64,000 nt of DNA from Octopus sinensis. Taxonomy: Eukaryota. Of this stretch, positions 37,484 to 51,330 are shown piece after piece. The notes beneath the pieces are model-generated. The model saw only the letters and a list, made by a program, of their open reading frames with translations, did not search any database and was not told the origin of the DNA. Where the stretch lies: NCBI RefSeq assembly GCF_006345805.1, contig NC_043013.1, positions 32,488,001-32,552,000 of the forward strand, given 5' to 3'. Made by a program: the position numbers and the translations under genes. Each line of letters begins with the position of its first letter. The first letter of the stretch is position 1.

Positions 37484-40400
37484 TTAAAGAAACACAAATA
37501 TTTTAAAGGGAGAATAGTTGTAGCATCCCTATGATCATCAATCAATATTGATTTGGCAGTAAAAGAGCATAAAATGTTTCGCAAGAGTTTTGCCATGTTC
37601 CATAATGCAGATTCCAATAAGTTATGACTTCTCTTCAAACTTACATGTGACAATGAATACTACATCTAAAAATATTTTGTCCCATCAAAGCTGAACGAGG
37701 TAGACCACTCATCTTTACTTTCACTGTAAAAAGAAAAGGGAAACAAAAAAGGCTCCATTGAGTGCTGGAAGTGATGGGCTAATCCCATTCAAACACCAAG
37801 GGACCATGATCAAATAACAAGTATGATGACACACACTCTCAGTGTCAGCATAAAAACAACACTGAAGGGCAGCACAATGAAATCTATAATAATAAACACA
37901 AAATTCTGTCTGTCCGTCCGGGACCCATGCATCTCAATCTACATTTGCTCTACGTAGACATATTACACTATTTTGGAATCAGGATGATACCGGGATTGAA
38001 AATCTGCCCTTCATTTGGTTCTCAAACATCCTGCATTGAGATCAGACCTGGATAAGAATTTGTTACACGGTAATAGTTGAAAATTCAAATTTTAAAAGAA
38101 CTCCAAAAATTTGTGAACTTACAAGTTTTTCATTTAAACTGAATTTAAAGGAATACCATATTGGTAGGGTGCCAATAAATGCTTTGTTCTTATTGCTCTC
38201 TTTAGCTTTGGGTCACAGGCCTAATTAGCTTGCCACAGGAGCTAGCTTAAAAATCCATATGGAGCACAGCTTTTAAGCTAGTTTAATAATAAACTATGGG
38301 TGGAGAGATGGACAGAGGGACAGACGGACGGACAGACAAAGAGACAGATGGCTGGAATAAACTATACATTTCGGAGAAGAGTGTGGCCATTGGAGTTGGC
38401 ATGATAGAGCCATAATAAACTTATTCATGGTACAGTGAGATAAGTGGCTCAGATAGTGCCAAATGGAGTGTATGTAGGCTAAAACTTAAGGGCTAGTGTT
38501 AATAGTTAATGGCTTAAAATTACTCAAGAGAGAGAGAGAAAGATCTCCACTTGTGACAGAAGAATTGCATGTTAGTTTTTTTCTATTATGAGATACAGTT
38601 GCTTTTGAAATGTTTCATTTAATCTGGAGACTTCAGGCCCAGGAAATTGCCCTGCCAAGCACAAGTGCTCAAATGGTACTTATTTTATCACAAGGATGAA
38701 GGACAAAGTTGACCTTGGGTGCATTTGAACTCAGAACATTAAGTCAGAAGAAATGCCACGAAGCATTTTGGTCCTTGCTTGAGATGACCCATGAAGCTAA
38801 TTGCACCCATGTTGGTGGTACATAAAACAAAATCGACCTTTGAACGTTGGGCCTCACAGAGGCAAAGTGGCTGAGTTCCTTCCAAGCATTGGGCCTCATG
38901 GAGGCAAAGTGACTGAGTCCCTTTCGAGTGTTAGGTATCACGGAGGCAAAGTGGCTGAGTTCCTTTTGAGGGTTGGGCCTTATGGAGGCAATGACCAAGA
39001 CCTTTGGCATTATGTTGTGTTTGAGAAGAAGACCTACCAAGCTGAGCAAAATCGCAGTCATGGCAGATACCGGTGTCACACAAATTGGCACCTGTGCTGG
39101 TGGCACATAAAAGCACCCATCATACTCGCAGAGTGGTTGGCATTAGGAAGGGCATACAGCTGTAGAAAACCATACCAAATCAGACTGGAGCCTGGTGCAG
39201 CTTTCCAGCATGCCAGCCCAGTCAAACCATCCAACCCATACCAGCAAGGACAACAAACATCAAATGATGATTGATGATGATGATGATGAAGATGATGATG
39301 ATGATACAGTAAAAATTCTGCCAGTTCACCACAACAGTCATCAATTCTACCAGATGGCATGAGCCTGCCAGTGAGAGTGAGTATCATTCACCAGTCTTTG
39401 ACAACCAGCCATATTCACAAGCTGTGAAAGCCCTGCCATTCATGAAAAGGGTTGTCCAAGTCATCTGCAGGCTCCCAGGCGACCAATGAGGCCGCAAGAA
39501 CGCAGGTCGTCTTGGACGCAGTGGCTGCAAGGAACATTCTGTTCTGAGTTTGATGCTCCAGTATCCTGGTTCTTGAAAGGGCACACCATGTCATAAGATG
39601 TGAGTGAAATGGTTGGTGATAGGAAGAGCATCCAGCAATAAAAGACTTATTAGAAAATTCATCCAACCCATGCCAACATGGAAGAATAGAAGTAAAATGA
39701 TAATTATTTCTCAATACATACACACATAGGTATGTATGTATGTACATACAAACACACATACATACATACATACATACATACATAGATAAACACACATACA
39801 CATGCATGCATGTATATACACACACACACACACACAGGGATATGCACATACATATATATACTTGCATACATACAAATATACATCATACGTACATATACTT
39901 GTACGTGTGTGTGTGTTTATGTGCGTGTGAGTGTGTGTGTGTGTGTGTGTGTGGTGTGTGTGTGTGTGTGTGTGTGCATGCATGCACATGCATATAGCCG
40001 TTGAACAACAACAAAAGCTGCAACAGTAACAAGATTAACAATCACTAGTTCCAATCTCCTTAAGAATTCTTGTCTAAACTCTCCTGTTATCTTTTATCTC
40101 TTCCAGCTCTATACTCTCAAAGTGCTTAGGGGTAGGGGTCTGTCTACTGATCTTGTTACTTGCTCATCTTGTAACTTTATACATCCCTCTCTCTCTCTCT
40201 CTCTCTTTCTCTCGCTCTCTCTTTCTCTCTCTCCTCCTCCACAATTTTTCCCACCAGTTTTCATAAGATTTCACATCTTTTTGATCCCAAATTCCTAGCC
40301 TAATATCTTCATCTTCCCCAAACCATTTTTCATTAAAGCCTTTGATCTATCTATACAAATCATTAATGGAAATGTGATTGATTTCTATGATCTATTTGGT

Positions 40401-41229
40401 TTTTGCCCTTTGTTGTAAATACATTATCGCTAGTCATAACTGCAACAACAACAACAACAATAACAATAATAATGTTCTTAGTATTCTGTATATCATAAAA
40501 ATATTTTAAACTAATATCATTTTTATGATATATGATATCTATGAATGTATTGTAGAATTTTATTTTGTCTACAAACTTTCTGACTTCAGAATATAATTGG
40601 GAGTTAATTTTGACTTTCAACCTCCAGGGTTACATCTATCAGGAGCAACAGTTACATGCAGGAATTGATTTGACTCAGAGCAGCTTCGTTTTCCCTGAAA
40701 ATGTGTGATGTTCAGTCAAAGTAAGAAATCAATAAGATGCGTATTTCATATCTATGTTTGATGTATTATACACATATCTGTAAAGGTGGAGGCATACTTG
40801 TGTAATTGAGGAGTTTGCTTGGAAACATGTGGATCCAGGTTCAACATCAGTGTGTGTCCTCTTGCAGCAATGTCTCCTACCATATGCAGATATAAGAGCA
40901 CGTGGTATTTGAAAAGACTAATTGAAAGCGTTCATACACACTAGGGAAAAAAACTTCTTCCGAAAAGGTTAGTAACATACTGACAAAAGATTTTATAACA
41001 CTTTTTTTTTTAAATAATTTTTTTTTGAAAATCCCTTTTATACTTAACAACTAACTATATCAAGCAATTTTCACAGACTGTGCAACTGTGTGGTAAGTAG
41101 CTTGCTTCCCAACCACATGGTTCTGGGTTCAGTCCCAATGCATGAAACTTTGGGCAAGTGTCTTCTACTATAGCCACAGGCCAACCAAAGCCTTGTGAGT
41201 GGGTTTGGTAGACAGAAACTGAAAGATGC

Positions 41230-41294
<65 letters not shown>

Positions 41295-41411
41295 CTGTTC
41301 GCTTAGCCAGCGGGGTGGCGTCATTTGAAGGCTAAAACAATGCGAACGCATTGTGACCAACGATGTGTAACTACATCTGATGGACTGGTCGGTCACGTGA
41401 TGGTGATGGTG

Positions 41412-41455
<44 letters not shown>

Positions 41456-41871
41456 TGTGTGTGTGTAAAATACAAAATGGGACAAGAACACAAAACATCC
41501 GGACAACTAGGTGATACAAAGGGACAACAAAACATCCAGATAGACAATACAAAAAGACGAGGATGGATCATTCGAAGCTTTCTATCCTCAGTCAAGAACC
41601 AGATCATTCTCGCAATTTCAGCTGATTAATCTTGAGATTGCTCCAATCTGGCCAGCCCCAGTGAAAAACTAAGCTAAGAGCATTAGATTCCTTGGAAGAA
41701 AGCATCGAATGTATACGAAAAGAAGGACAGAAAAACAGACGATGTTAGACAAATATAAATACAATAAAAATAATAATAACAGGACATAACAGCAGGTGCC
41801 ACACAGTGGGACTGAACCCAGAACCATGTGGTTGGGAAGCAAACTTCTTACCACACAGCCACTCCTGCGAC

Positions 41872-41911
<40 letters not shown>

Positions 41912-42204
41912 TGTTTATAATTTTTTGAAGAATGCAACAGAAAGAACACAGTGAAATTGTCAACTTGCTATGGTGAAGGGAATATCCGATGTTTCAGACT
42001 AGGTCCTCCTTCAGGATAAAGTTAACAGGAGGGAAATAAAAGAAAGGGAATGGAGTTTTGTCATAATAGTATCATCAACAGTCACAAGGACAAAAGGAAT
42101 ATACTAGAAAGAACCAACAGCTGGTTCCCCAGTTTCCATTGAGTATAAGTGGTCAAGATCACAACACATCCCCTTAGTGGGGTTTCAGCCCATCACAATA
42201 TTAT

Positions 42205-42690
42205 TCATTTACAACTGGTCATCAAATCTAAGTAGAGACTTCAAACTTGAAATCTTCAAAGCCACAGTCAAACCAATTCTACTATATGGCTCAGAAACCT
42301 GGACATTATCAAAGAAGCTTGAGAGGTGGTTGGATGGAACCTACACTCGCCTCCTTATGAGAGCTCAAAATCTCTCGTGGAAGCGCCATCCAACCAAAAT
42401 GCAAATATATGGGAAACTACCACCTGTGTCATCTCTTGTGAAAGGTAAGAGAGTCCAGTTTGCTGGACATTGTTGTAGAGCTGAAAAAGAGGTAATTTCT
42501 ACTCTCCTCCTCTGGAAGCCATCTACTCGCAATACCAGAGGGCGCACACTCTCCTACCCAGATGCAATCTCCAGGGATACAGGCATCCAGCAACAGGACC
42601 TCCGTAATGCCATGATGGACCATGAAGTCTGGCGTAGCATGGTAAATTCCATTGTCTCACCCACGGTCGAACAATGATGATGAATGATGA
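42205..42690 (+). mobile_element. 5'-truncated RTE-clade LINE, intact ORF 3' end and (TGA)n tail
   Basis: KLEIFKATVKPILLYGSETWTL..LQFAGHC-like motifs, open to the stop at 42677. Confidence 0.9.
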
Positions 42691-42955
42691 GGGGACGGGA
42701 GAAATGTGAAACATGAAATAAAGTATCTTTCTCACAAATATAACACACTGCCCAGTTTGGGGATTGAAACAACAATCTTATGATCATGAGTGCAATACTC
42801 TAGCCACTGGGCCCAGCATCCTTCACTCCCTGGAACTTCACTGGTACTTTATTTCATCAACCCCGAGAACAATGGAAAGGAAAGTCTATTTTGGCAGGAT
42901 TTGAACTCAGAAGGTAAAAGTTACAATAAACCTAGAATCAGTGACCAATACATAC

Positions 42956-43270
42956 CAGCTTTTGAAATATGTTGTAATCAGCGGCAAGCAGATATATTAA
43001 CTTATTAATCTCTTCTTCAGATTCAGCTCTCAAAAGAAGAACATGGATTATGGTTAGTTGCAGAAGTTCTTCGCAATGAAGGCAACGGTCATATTCTTTC
43101 TCATGGTTGCCACCACACGGTTGACAGTGAGCGCCATTACTATCAGAAAGTAGGTAAGATTTGGTAACATCATTCATTAATTCATCAGCTGGTATTGATT
43201 TCTCTTCAACTACTCGAGTCCATATTTTCGACCAGTATCTTATTCCACAGCCATCTTTTTCTGCCATCAT
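42956..43270 (-). CDS. LINS1: Protein Lines homolog, first coding exon (105 codons, MMAEKDGC...IFQKL)
   Basis: ATG at 43270 lies 16 nt inside an exon with a pyrimidine-rich acceptor (ctttctcccag|G at 43286) and an in-frame upstream TGA. Donor CTG|GTATGT at 42956 is phase 0 and matches the next exon. Confidence 0.8.
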
Positions 43271-43817
43271 GCAATCTCAAAACCACCTGGGAGAAAGAAA
43301 AAAAAAGAGAAAATAAAATACATGAGCTTATGTATATTAATTAATTATCATAGAGTCTTACATATGTAATAACGAGAGTTTTTCAAACAGTTTATCTCAG
43401 ACTTCCTTATCTATAATGCCCTCCGCTTTTTAAAAGATTATACGTAATGATTTTAAAGGAAATTTGGCTGAAATTTTGAATGACTATATAAAGGTTCCTC
43501 GGTGGCTTGTATTCTGAAGTTATAATACAAATGTGTAGGGTTAAGATGCTGAACAACTGACAATATGGTCGTGAGTTCAAATCTTACGACAGCCATCATG
43601 TTCTTCTAAGCAATGCACACCATTCTATCTACTTCTATTTTTCAAATAAAACATGCTCCACTCACACTCCACCTTCACAAAGGAGAGGTTAGTGACAGGA
43701 AGAGCATCCACTCAAAGTGCTCCAATAAAAGCTGTCACATCATGGGAAAATGGATGGATGGATGGATGGATGGATGGATAAAGTCTTGTCGTTAGTACTG
43801 TGTTCTATGTCCCAGAT

Positions 43818-43972
43818 TACCAAGCTGTTAGTATTACAATCTATTATATTACCAAGTCGTTAGTATTACATTGTACTATATTACCAAGCTGTTAGTATTA
43901 CAATGTACTATATTACCTAGCTGTTAGTATTACAATGTACTATACCATAGTGTGGTATAGTACATTGTAATA
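43818..43972. repeat. 4 x 32-bp minisatellite ending in a 20-bp perfect hairpin
   Basis: Unit taccaagctgttagtattacaatgtactatat. Hairpin arms 43928-43947 and 43953-43972. Confidence 0.9.
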
Positions 43973-44344
43973 TGTCAACATCATTAGCTCTATAAGAGCC
44001 CATGTGCAGCTGTGTAATTTTCTACCTGTTCATCTATCTTTACAGCACATTATTTCTGTGATGGGCCATGGGTAGAGAGCCCTCAGATACACCTTCCAGG
44101 AGCTCCTACCAGAAGCAACCACCAGCACAAGTTCCAGGTTGATCACCAAGTAAGACCAACTGAAGCTATGGATATTACCCTACCAGCTGAGCAAAACACT
44201 TTAGATCACATAGCTCCAGTAGTAATGAACTGTGGTGTCACTGGTGGCAAGCTGCATTGGCCTTTGCCTTTCCCTTGGATGACATTGGTGACATAGAGAT
44301 GGGAGGCTGGTATGCCTGGACTTGTGCCTTGGAAGGGAACTTTC

Positions 44345-44760
44345 GGGTCTTTTCCGTTTGAACGGCAGTTTTTATCATAATTTCTAGGTAACTAAAAAAT
44401 TTTAAACTTCATATACTGGTAGAATGTGTTTATAAAACATCATTTTCTCTTGGCTTTATTGAGAAAATTCTATAGTTTGTAAGATATTTGTTGTTTTTTT
44501 CTTCAATTTCTGCAATTTCAGCCAATCAGTGACGTGTATTGAAGTAAATAACATTCTGTGCCATATGAACATGTCCCTCGTTTAAGAAACAGATTGGGTT
44601 TATTTACATTTGTGAAGAAAAAAATATACCCTTCACCCCACCCCTAACCCTAATCCTAAAACAGATTGAAATGCAATAGATCGATATTAGGATCATAATT
44701 ATGTGTGGCAATTTCATATGACACTGCTAGAAAAAACTGCCATTCAAACCGAAAGAATCC
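44345..44760. mobile_element. Merlin-like MITE, copy 1
   Basis: GG-starting TIRs of about 25 bp and a perfect 8-bp TSD GAACTTTC (44337-44344, 44761-44768). Confidence 0.85.
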
Positions 44761-44944
44761 GAACTTTCTAGGTGCAATCCCATGGTCATTCATGACTGAA
44801 GAGGCTCCTTTAATGAGTTCCAGGGATAACCAATGTTCACAGAGCGGTGGACTTAACCATATTCTTATGCACTCAATACATTACAGAATGACAATGCTTT
44901 CAACAATAAACCAACCACCTGTTATGGATTCAATATTTTTTTTA

Positions 44945-45340
44945 TACAGGCATAGCTGTGTGATAAGAAGCTTGCTTACCAACCACATGGTTCTGAGTTC
45001 AGTCCCACTGCATGGCACCTTGAACAAGTGCTTTTACTATGATAACCTTGGGTCAACCAAAGCCTTGAGAGTGGATTTGGTAGACAGAAACTAAAAGAAG
45101 CCTGTCAGTTATATATGTGTGTGCATGTGTCTGTCTGTGTTAGTCCTCCCCATCGTTTGACAACCAGTGTTGGTGTGTTTACATCCCCATAACTTAGTGG
45201 TTCAGCAAAAGAGACCAAACAAATAAGTGTCACGCTAAAAAAAATAAGTACTGGGATCAGATCATTCGACAAAAAAACCCCCCTTCAAAGCAATGTTCCA
45301 GCATGGCCACAGTTTAATGAGAAACAAGTAAAGGATAAAA
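44945..45340 (+). mobile_element. SINE family A (older copy)
   Basis: Head, body and tail recognisable. Confidence 0.75.
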
Positions 45341-45669
45341 GATAAAAGATGCATAGGAATAAAACTAAATGATGATAACAAATGGATCTCATTTAGTGGC
45401 TTTAGTGCTGCTGTACGAACACATGATCTCTTGATCAATGTTTATACAGTAATCACTCAACTATCGCGAGTGTTACATTCCAAATCCCCATGCATGAGAG
45501 GGGAAATTCGCAAAGTAGAAACAGTACTATACTGTACATATTTTTAATCATTTTTATAATTTGTATATATTTATTTCATTCTAAATGCAAAACAACACCA
45601 CACACTCATCTCCCGAGTTTTGTTTTCCATGCAGTATGTGCAATTCTTTGTTTATTCATCTACGGTACA

Positions 45670-46045
45670 CTTTACTCTTTTACTTGTTTCAGTCATTTGA
45701 CTGCAGCCATGCTGGAGCACCGCCTTTAGTCGAGCACAGTACTTATTCTATCGGTCTCTTTTGCCGAACCGCTAAGTTACGGGGACGTAAACACAACAGC
45801 ATCAGTTGTCAAGCAATGCTAGGGGGACAAACACAGACACACAAACACACACATATATATATATATATATACATATATACGACAGGCTTCTTTCAGTTTC
45901 CATCTACCAAATCCACTCACAAGGCATTGGTTGGCCCAGGGCTATAGCAGAAGACACTTGCCCAAGATGCCACGCAGTGGGACTGAACCCGGAACCATGT
46001 GGTTGGTTAGCAAGCTACTTACCACACAGCCACTCCTGCGCCTAC
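45670..46045 (-). mobile_element. SINE family A
   Basis: Near-consensus head ending gccactcctgcgccta. Confidence 0.85.
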
Positions 46046-46284
46046 ATATTTTCTTTTAATATATTTTAATTAATGTGTTATACAGTGCAGTACTGTAATC
46101 TATCTTTACTTATTAATTTAATTTTTAGGCATGAAAATGCTTATTTTACCACAGAAATAATTAAAATCTAAAAAAATATAGATACCTATCGGCTGCAGAA
46201 ACCCGGATATACTGAGGAGTCTACAATATAAATTTACATATATTAGCCAGAAAAATCCACAAGGTACTGAGGTTGCGATAAAGG

Positions 46285-46650
46285 TGAGCCATAATGTACT
46301 GAGTACGTGATAGGTGAACTGTGATGTACTGGGTGCGCAATAGGTGAACCGTGATGTACTGTGTGACAGGTGAACCATAATGTACTGAGTGTGCAATAGG
46401 TGAACTGTGATGTATTGAGTGCATGATAGGTGAACCACGATGTACTGAGTGTGCGATAGGTGAATTGCTATGTACTAGGTGTGCAATAGGTGAGCCGTGA
46501 TGTACTGAGTGTGTGACAGGTGAACCACGATGTACTAAGTGCACGATAGGTGAACCATAATGTACTAAATGCACGATAGGTGAACTGTGATGTATTGAGT
46601 GCATGATAGGTGAACCGTGATGTACTGAGTGTGTGATAGGTGAACCGCGA
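46285..46650. repeat. Minisatellite, about 12 x 30 bp
   Basis: Unit tgatgtactgagtgtgcgataggtgaaccg. Confidence 0.92.
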
Positions 46651-48602
46651 CATGGCGAGGTATTACTGTACATCAGGGGTGAAGACACGTGCCATAGTGG
46701 TCAGGTGTTTTGGGCTCGTGATCATAAGGTTATGAGTTCAGTTTCTGGATCCAGTAGTGAGCAAGGAAGATCATTTCACACTGCTCCAGTCTACACAGCC
46801 GTAAATGAGTGCCAACTGTTGATACAATCCACCCAACCTCCAGCTTTCACATCATTTTTCAACTGAGTCAAAAGCTGGGGAAGTAAGGACTGTAAGGAAG
46901 TCTGTGTTTGTACACAGCTACACAAGAACCTAAAATACTTAGTAAAAACATGGTACAACCTACCAAATCATGCTCACTTGCAGGTGACAGCCAAGCTTAT
47001 ATCTATAGCAATCAAGATTGAATTATCCATTGGTGTACATTTGGCAATGATTTTATAACAAAGCTATACAATACAGTATTCTTAATATAGAATTATTTCA
47101 TACACTCTTCTAGGAATTTTTTTTTTTTATAATAAAAGCAAAGCAGAGTGACAAACACAATAGAGAAGACTCAAAGCTCTTGACAAAACCAAATCAGTAA
47201 ACACAGAAAAGAATTAATTCTTTTGTTATCAAATTTCTGTTGAAATACACAATTCTTTTGTTTCAATTAATTTGCAAAAATAATTATATTTTTTAAAATA
47301 ATTTTATTATCATTAAGCTAGTGTTTGAAACGTAACATGGAATTTTGAGGAAAGATTTTAATTTTGATCACTTAAAAAGAAAAAAAAAAAACAGGATATT
47401 TATATTATAGAATGAAGAGTAATCTCAGACAGGTTATTATTAAAAGCATTTAAAAGCATTAACCACATCATTCTCACTGGTTTTCAAAGATGTGCAAAGG
47501 TCATGGGGACATCCCCATCTTGCGCCTGACAAAACCAATTGCAAAAAAACTCTAAATACCGATAAATAATAAATAATTAAACCCCTTTTGGTCATGAATG
47601 ACAATGGGATTGCACCTAGAAAGTTACCCTCTGAGGTACAAGTCCGGGTAAGGTTGTTTGTGGAAGATCAGCAAATGCCCATGCATGCCAGCTCCCCTCT
47701 CCATGCCACCAATGTTATCCAAGAGAAAGGCAAAGGCCAAACCAGTTTGGGGCACCAGTGATGTTACAACTCATGTCTGCAGATGAGTGAACTGGAGCAA
47801 CGTGAAATAAAGTGTCTCGCTCAAGAACACAACACACAGCCCTATCCAGGAATTGAACTCACTACCTCATGATTGGGAGCTCAACATAATATAGATATGA
47901 AAATTAATCATATTTTCTTGTTAGAAAATTCACTGGAATGGCAAAACATTTGAACAGATGTGAGAAAACTTTTTCTTAAGAAGCAAGCTACATGAGAAAT
48001 GGCTTATCATCAGGTGGGCTACACCACTGAAATGCAATTCAAGGTAATTTTTGTTAGTATGCCATTCAGAAAGACCCACTGGCTACAATTTGTCCATGAC
48101 TGGACTACACACTCTCTTCTGTCTTTCCAATGACTTTTGATGGGTCCTGTGGCAAATCAGTTTGTTGTGTTTCTTTTTTATGTACCACCTTGCACAGGAG
48201 CCTGTTCAGTGGCACTGGCAACAACCTCGCTCGAATGTTTTTTTCACGTGCCAGTAAGGCAATGCTGGTAACACACAAAAAGGGCACATGGATCCATAAG
48301 GATCATATGGACTCCCAAGGGTCATAAGAACTCCAGTTGAGATTCACTGTTGTAAGGGACCCCCAACACAATTTTTGCATACAGCACAACATAATCTATT
48401 TCAGAAGAGACGGAGAGAGAGAGAGAGAGATGGAAGGAGGAGGATGGAGAGAGGACTAAGAAAGGAAGGAGGGGAGGGCAAGAGAAAAAGTGAGAGAAGA
48501 ATTCTCCTTGGTATTTGACTGCTATTTTACTTATCAACCCTGGAAAAAAATGAAAGATAGGGTTGTCTTGGTCAGGGTTTGAACTTAAAGCAAAGTATGT
48601 GT

Positions 48603-48641
<39 letters not shown>

Positions 48642-48906
48642 GGCGCTGGAACAAATTCTCTACCAATTTACCATTTCAATATTTACAGGACTTATTTTTG
48701 CTTGACTGTTTGTTTGTTTGTTTTTTTTTTTGTTTTGTTTTTTTTTTTACATCTGCCCTACAATGAGTAAAAGAGTAGGACTAGTATGCATAGGTGAATG
48801 TCGAAGAGAGGGAGAGTAAAATGGGATAGTGAATGAGAGAAAGAGACAGTGTGTGTATGTATATGCATGTATACATGCATATATGTGTGTATATATATAT
48901 ACGTAT

Positions 48907-48972
<66 letters not shown>

Positions 48973-49006
48973 TAAATACATATATTTAAATACATACATA
49001 CATACA

Positions 49007-49040
<34 letters not shown>

Positions 49041-49233
49041 ATATATATATATATACACATGTATATATACATAAAAATATATACATATATATACATATAT
49101 ATATATACATATATATACATATATATACATATATTTATACATATACATATATAAATACATATATTTAAATACATACATACATACATACATATATAATATA
49201 TATATATATGCTTTCAGTGTCAATATATACATA

Positions 49234-49269
<36 letters not shown>

Positions 49270-50371
49270 GCAGTCTCTCTATATGTATGTCTGCCACCTT
49301 CTTCTACAAAACTGCCTTATCTAAAAGAGATCATATTACATACACTCATCTTTCCTTCGTATGGTTTTCCATTTCTCACTTAAGATGGTGATTAATTTTG
49401 TAGTGTTTGCAGTACATTTCATTTTAACGTATAAGATTGATGAAATGGCACTTGTTTTGAATCCCTACTGTCTTCTCATCATCATAATCATCATCATCAT
49501 CACCACCAGCAAGATCCTTTTTTTTTTCCTTCAATTTTTTTTTTTTTTCCATTCATATGTATATGAATTGTAAATGTCTTCTTCCAAATTGAATCTAACC
49601 ACTTGTTACATTCCTTAGTTATCTCCTCTGTGAACATTCAGTCTTCCAAGATCAGCTATCAGAACTTCTTTCCAATGTTTTCCTGGATCTTCCTCTTCCA
49701 CTTCAATTACTTGGCACTTCTAAACATATCCATCACCCTCTGTATACACATATGTATCCATATTCATATGTACACATATGTATCCATATCAACTTGCGCA
49801 CACCATATCAGATTTTTCTTATGCTCTATCTTTCTCTCAGCTCATTTCTGCAGTTATTTACGCAAGCTAACATTTCTACACATATAATAAACTATACTTA
49901 TCTCATTTCTTTCCAACCTTCAAACATCTTCAGCTTTTAATTCTAATGCTTTGCTGCCATGCAGCACTACACTTCATACACAAGCATCGAACAATCTACC
50001 CTTCACTCTGAGAGGAAATTTTTTTGCTGCTAGCAAGCAAATTCTTTTATTCTTTTATTCTTTAACTTCTTTCAGTCATTTGACTGTGGCCATCCTGGGG
50101 CACTGCCTTAACGATTTTAGTAAAAGAAATTGCCCCCAGGACTTATTCTTTTTAAGCTTGATACTTATTTTATCGTTCTCTTTTGTTGAACCACTAAGTT
50201 ACGGGGACGTAAGTACACCAACACCGGTTGCCAAGCAGTGGAGTGTGGGGGGACAAACACAGAGACAAAGACACACACACATAAATATGCATATATATTT
50301 GCTAGCATGGAAAATGGACGTTAAACGATGATGATGATGATGATGATGATATATATATGTATATATGTGCT

Positions 50372-50422
<51 letters not shown>

Positions 50423-50916
50423 GGCTTCTTTCAGTTTCTGTCTACCAAATCCAATCACAAGGCTTTGGCCAGCCTGAGGCTAAAGTAAAAGACACTCGAC
50501 CAAAGTGCCACACAGTGGGACTGAACCCAGAACCATGTGGTTGAGAAGCAAGCTTCTTACCACAAAGCCACGCCTGCACTTAAGCAGTAACTCTCTGGAT
50601 GTTTTCCACTCTGTTGTTACTCAGGTAACAAACCTTTCAGAACACTCACTGCCATTGTTAATTTCATCACCTGGATAACGGAAATTAACTTCTTCAAGGA
50701 AGAGCTGCAAATATTTGGAAAATGTTATTATAGGCGCAGGTGTAACTGTGTTGTAAGAAGCTTACAACCCTCTACTATTTCTTGAAGGAAATAGACACTT
50801 TGGGTAATTCTGAGTATGTATGAGAAGTTCACCACAGGGAAAGTTCATCATCATTAATTCATTGCAGGGCGAGTTCACTGTCATCAATTCATCTGGGGTT
50901 TTTTCCAATAAAATAG

Positions 50917-51330
50917 GGATCTTTTTGGTCTGAATGGAAGTTTTTAACATAATTTCTAGGTAACTAAAAAATTTTAAACTTTGTATACTGGTAGAATGTG
51001 TTTATAAAACATCTTTTTCTCTTGGCTTTATTGAGAAAATTCTATGGTTTGTAAGATATTTGTTGCTTTTTTTTCTTCAATTTCTGAAATTTCAACCAAT
51101 CAATCACGTCCATTGAGGTAAAAAACATTCTGTGCCGTATGAATATGTCCCTCGTTTAAGAAATAGATTGGGTTTATTTACATTTCTGAAGGAAAAAAGA
51201 TACCCTCCCACCCCCACCCCTAACCCTAAAACAGATTGAAATGCAATAGATCGATACTAGGGTCATAATTATGGGTGACAATTTCATATGACACCGCTAG
51301 AAAAAACTGCCGTTCAAACCGAAAAGATCC
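50917..51330. mobile_element. Merlin-like MITE, copy 2
   Basis: Homologous to 44345-44760, with a perfect 8-bp TSD TAAAATAG (50909-50916, 51331-51338). Confidence 0.88.

Noticed and set aside
41550-41700. GACGA..GAA and GGCUG/CAGC-GAAA hammerhead-like fragments
   Set aside because: No intact CUGANGA core with a matching stem I on either strand.
46285-46650. CRISPR-like array
   Set aside because: Contiguous degenerate units without unique spacers, in a eukaryotic context with no cas genes.
46221-46688. 155-aa repetitive ORF (SPIAHSVHHG repeats) as an extra LINS exon
   Set aside because: It arises from the 30-bp minisatellite, and the downstream exon has an in-frame stop before the ATG.
47975-48020. 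Minus-strand CUGAUGA with a downstream GAAA
   Set aside because: Stem II and III registers and stem I do not pair; a chance match.
48105-48327. Short ORFs as a candidate upstream coding exon
   Set aside because: No similarity to Lines that I can recognise, and it cannot be in frame with the ATG exon because of the upstream TGA.
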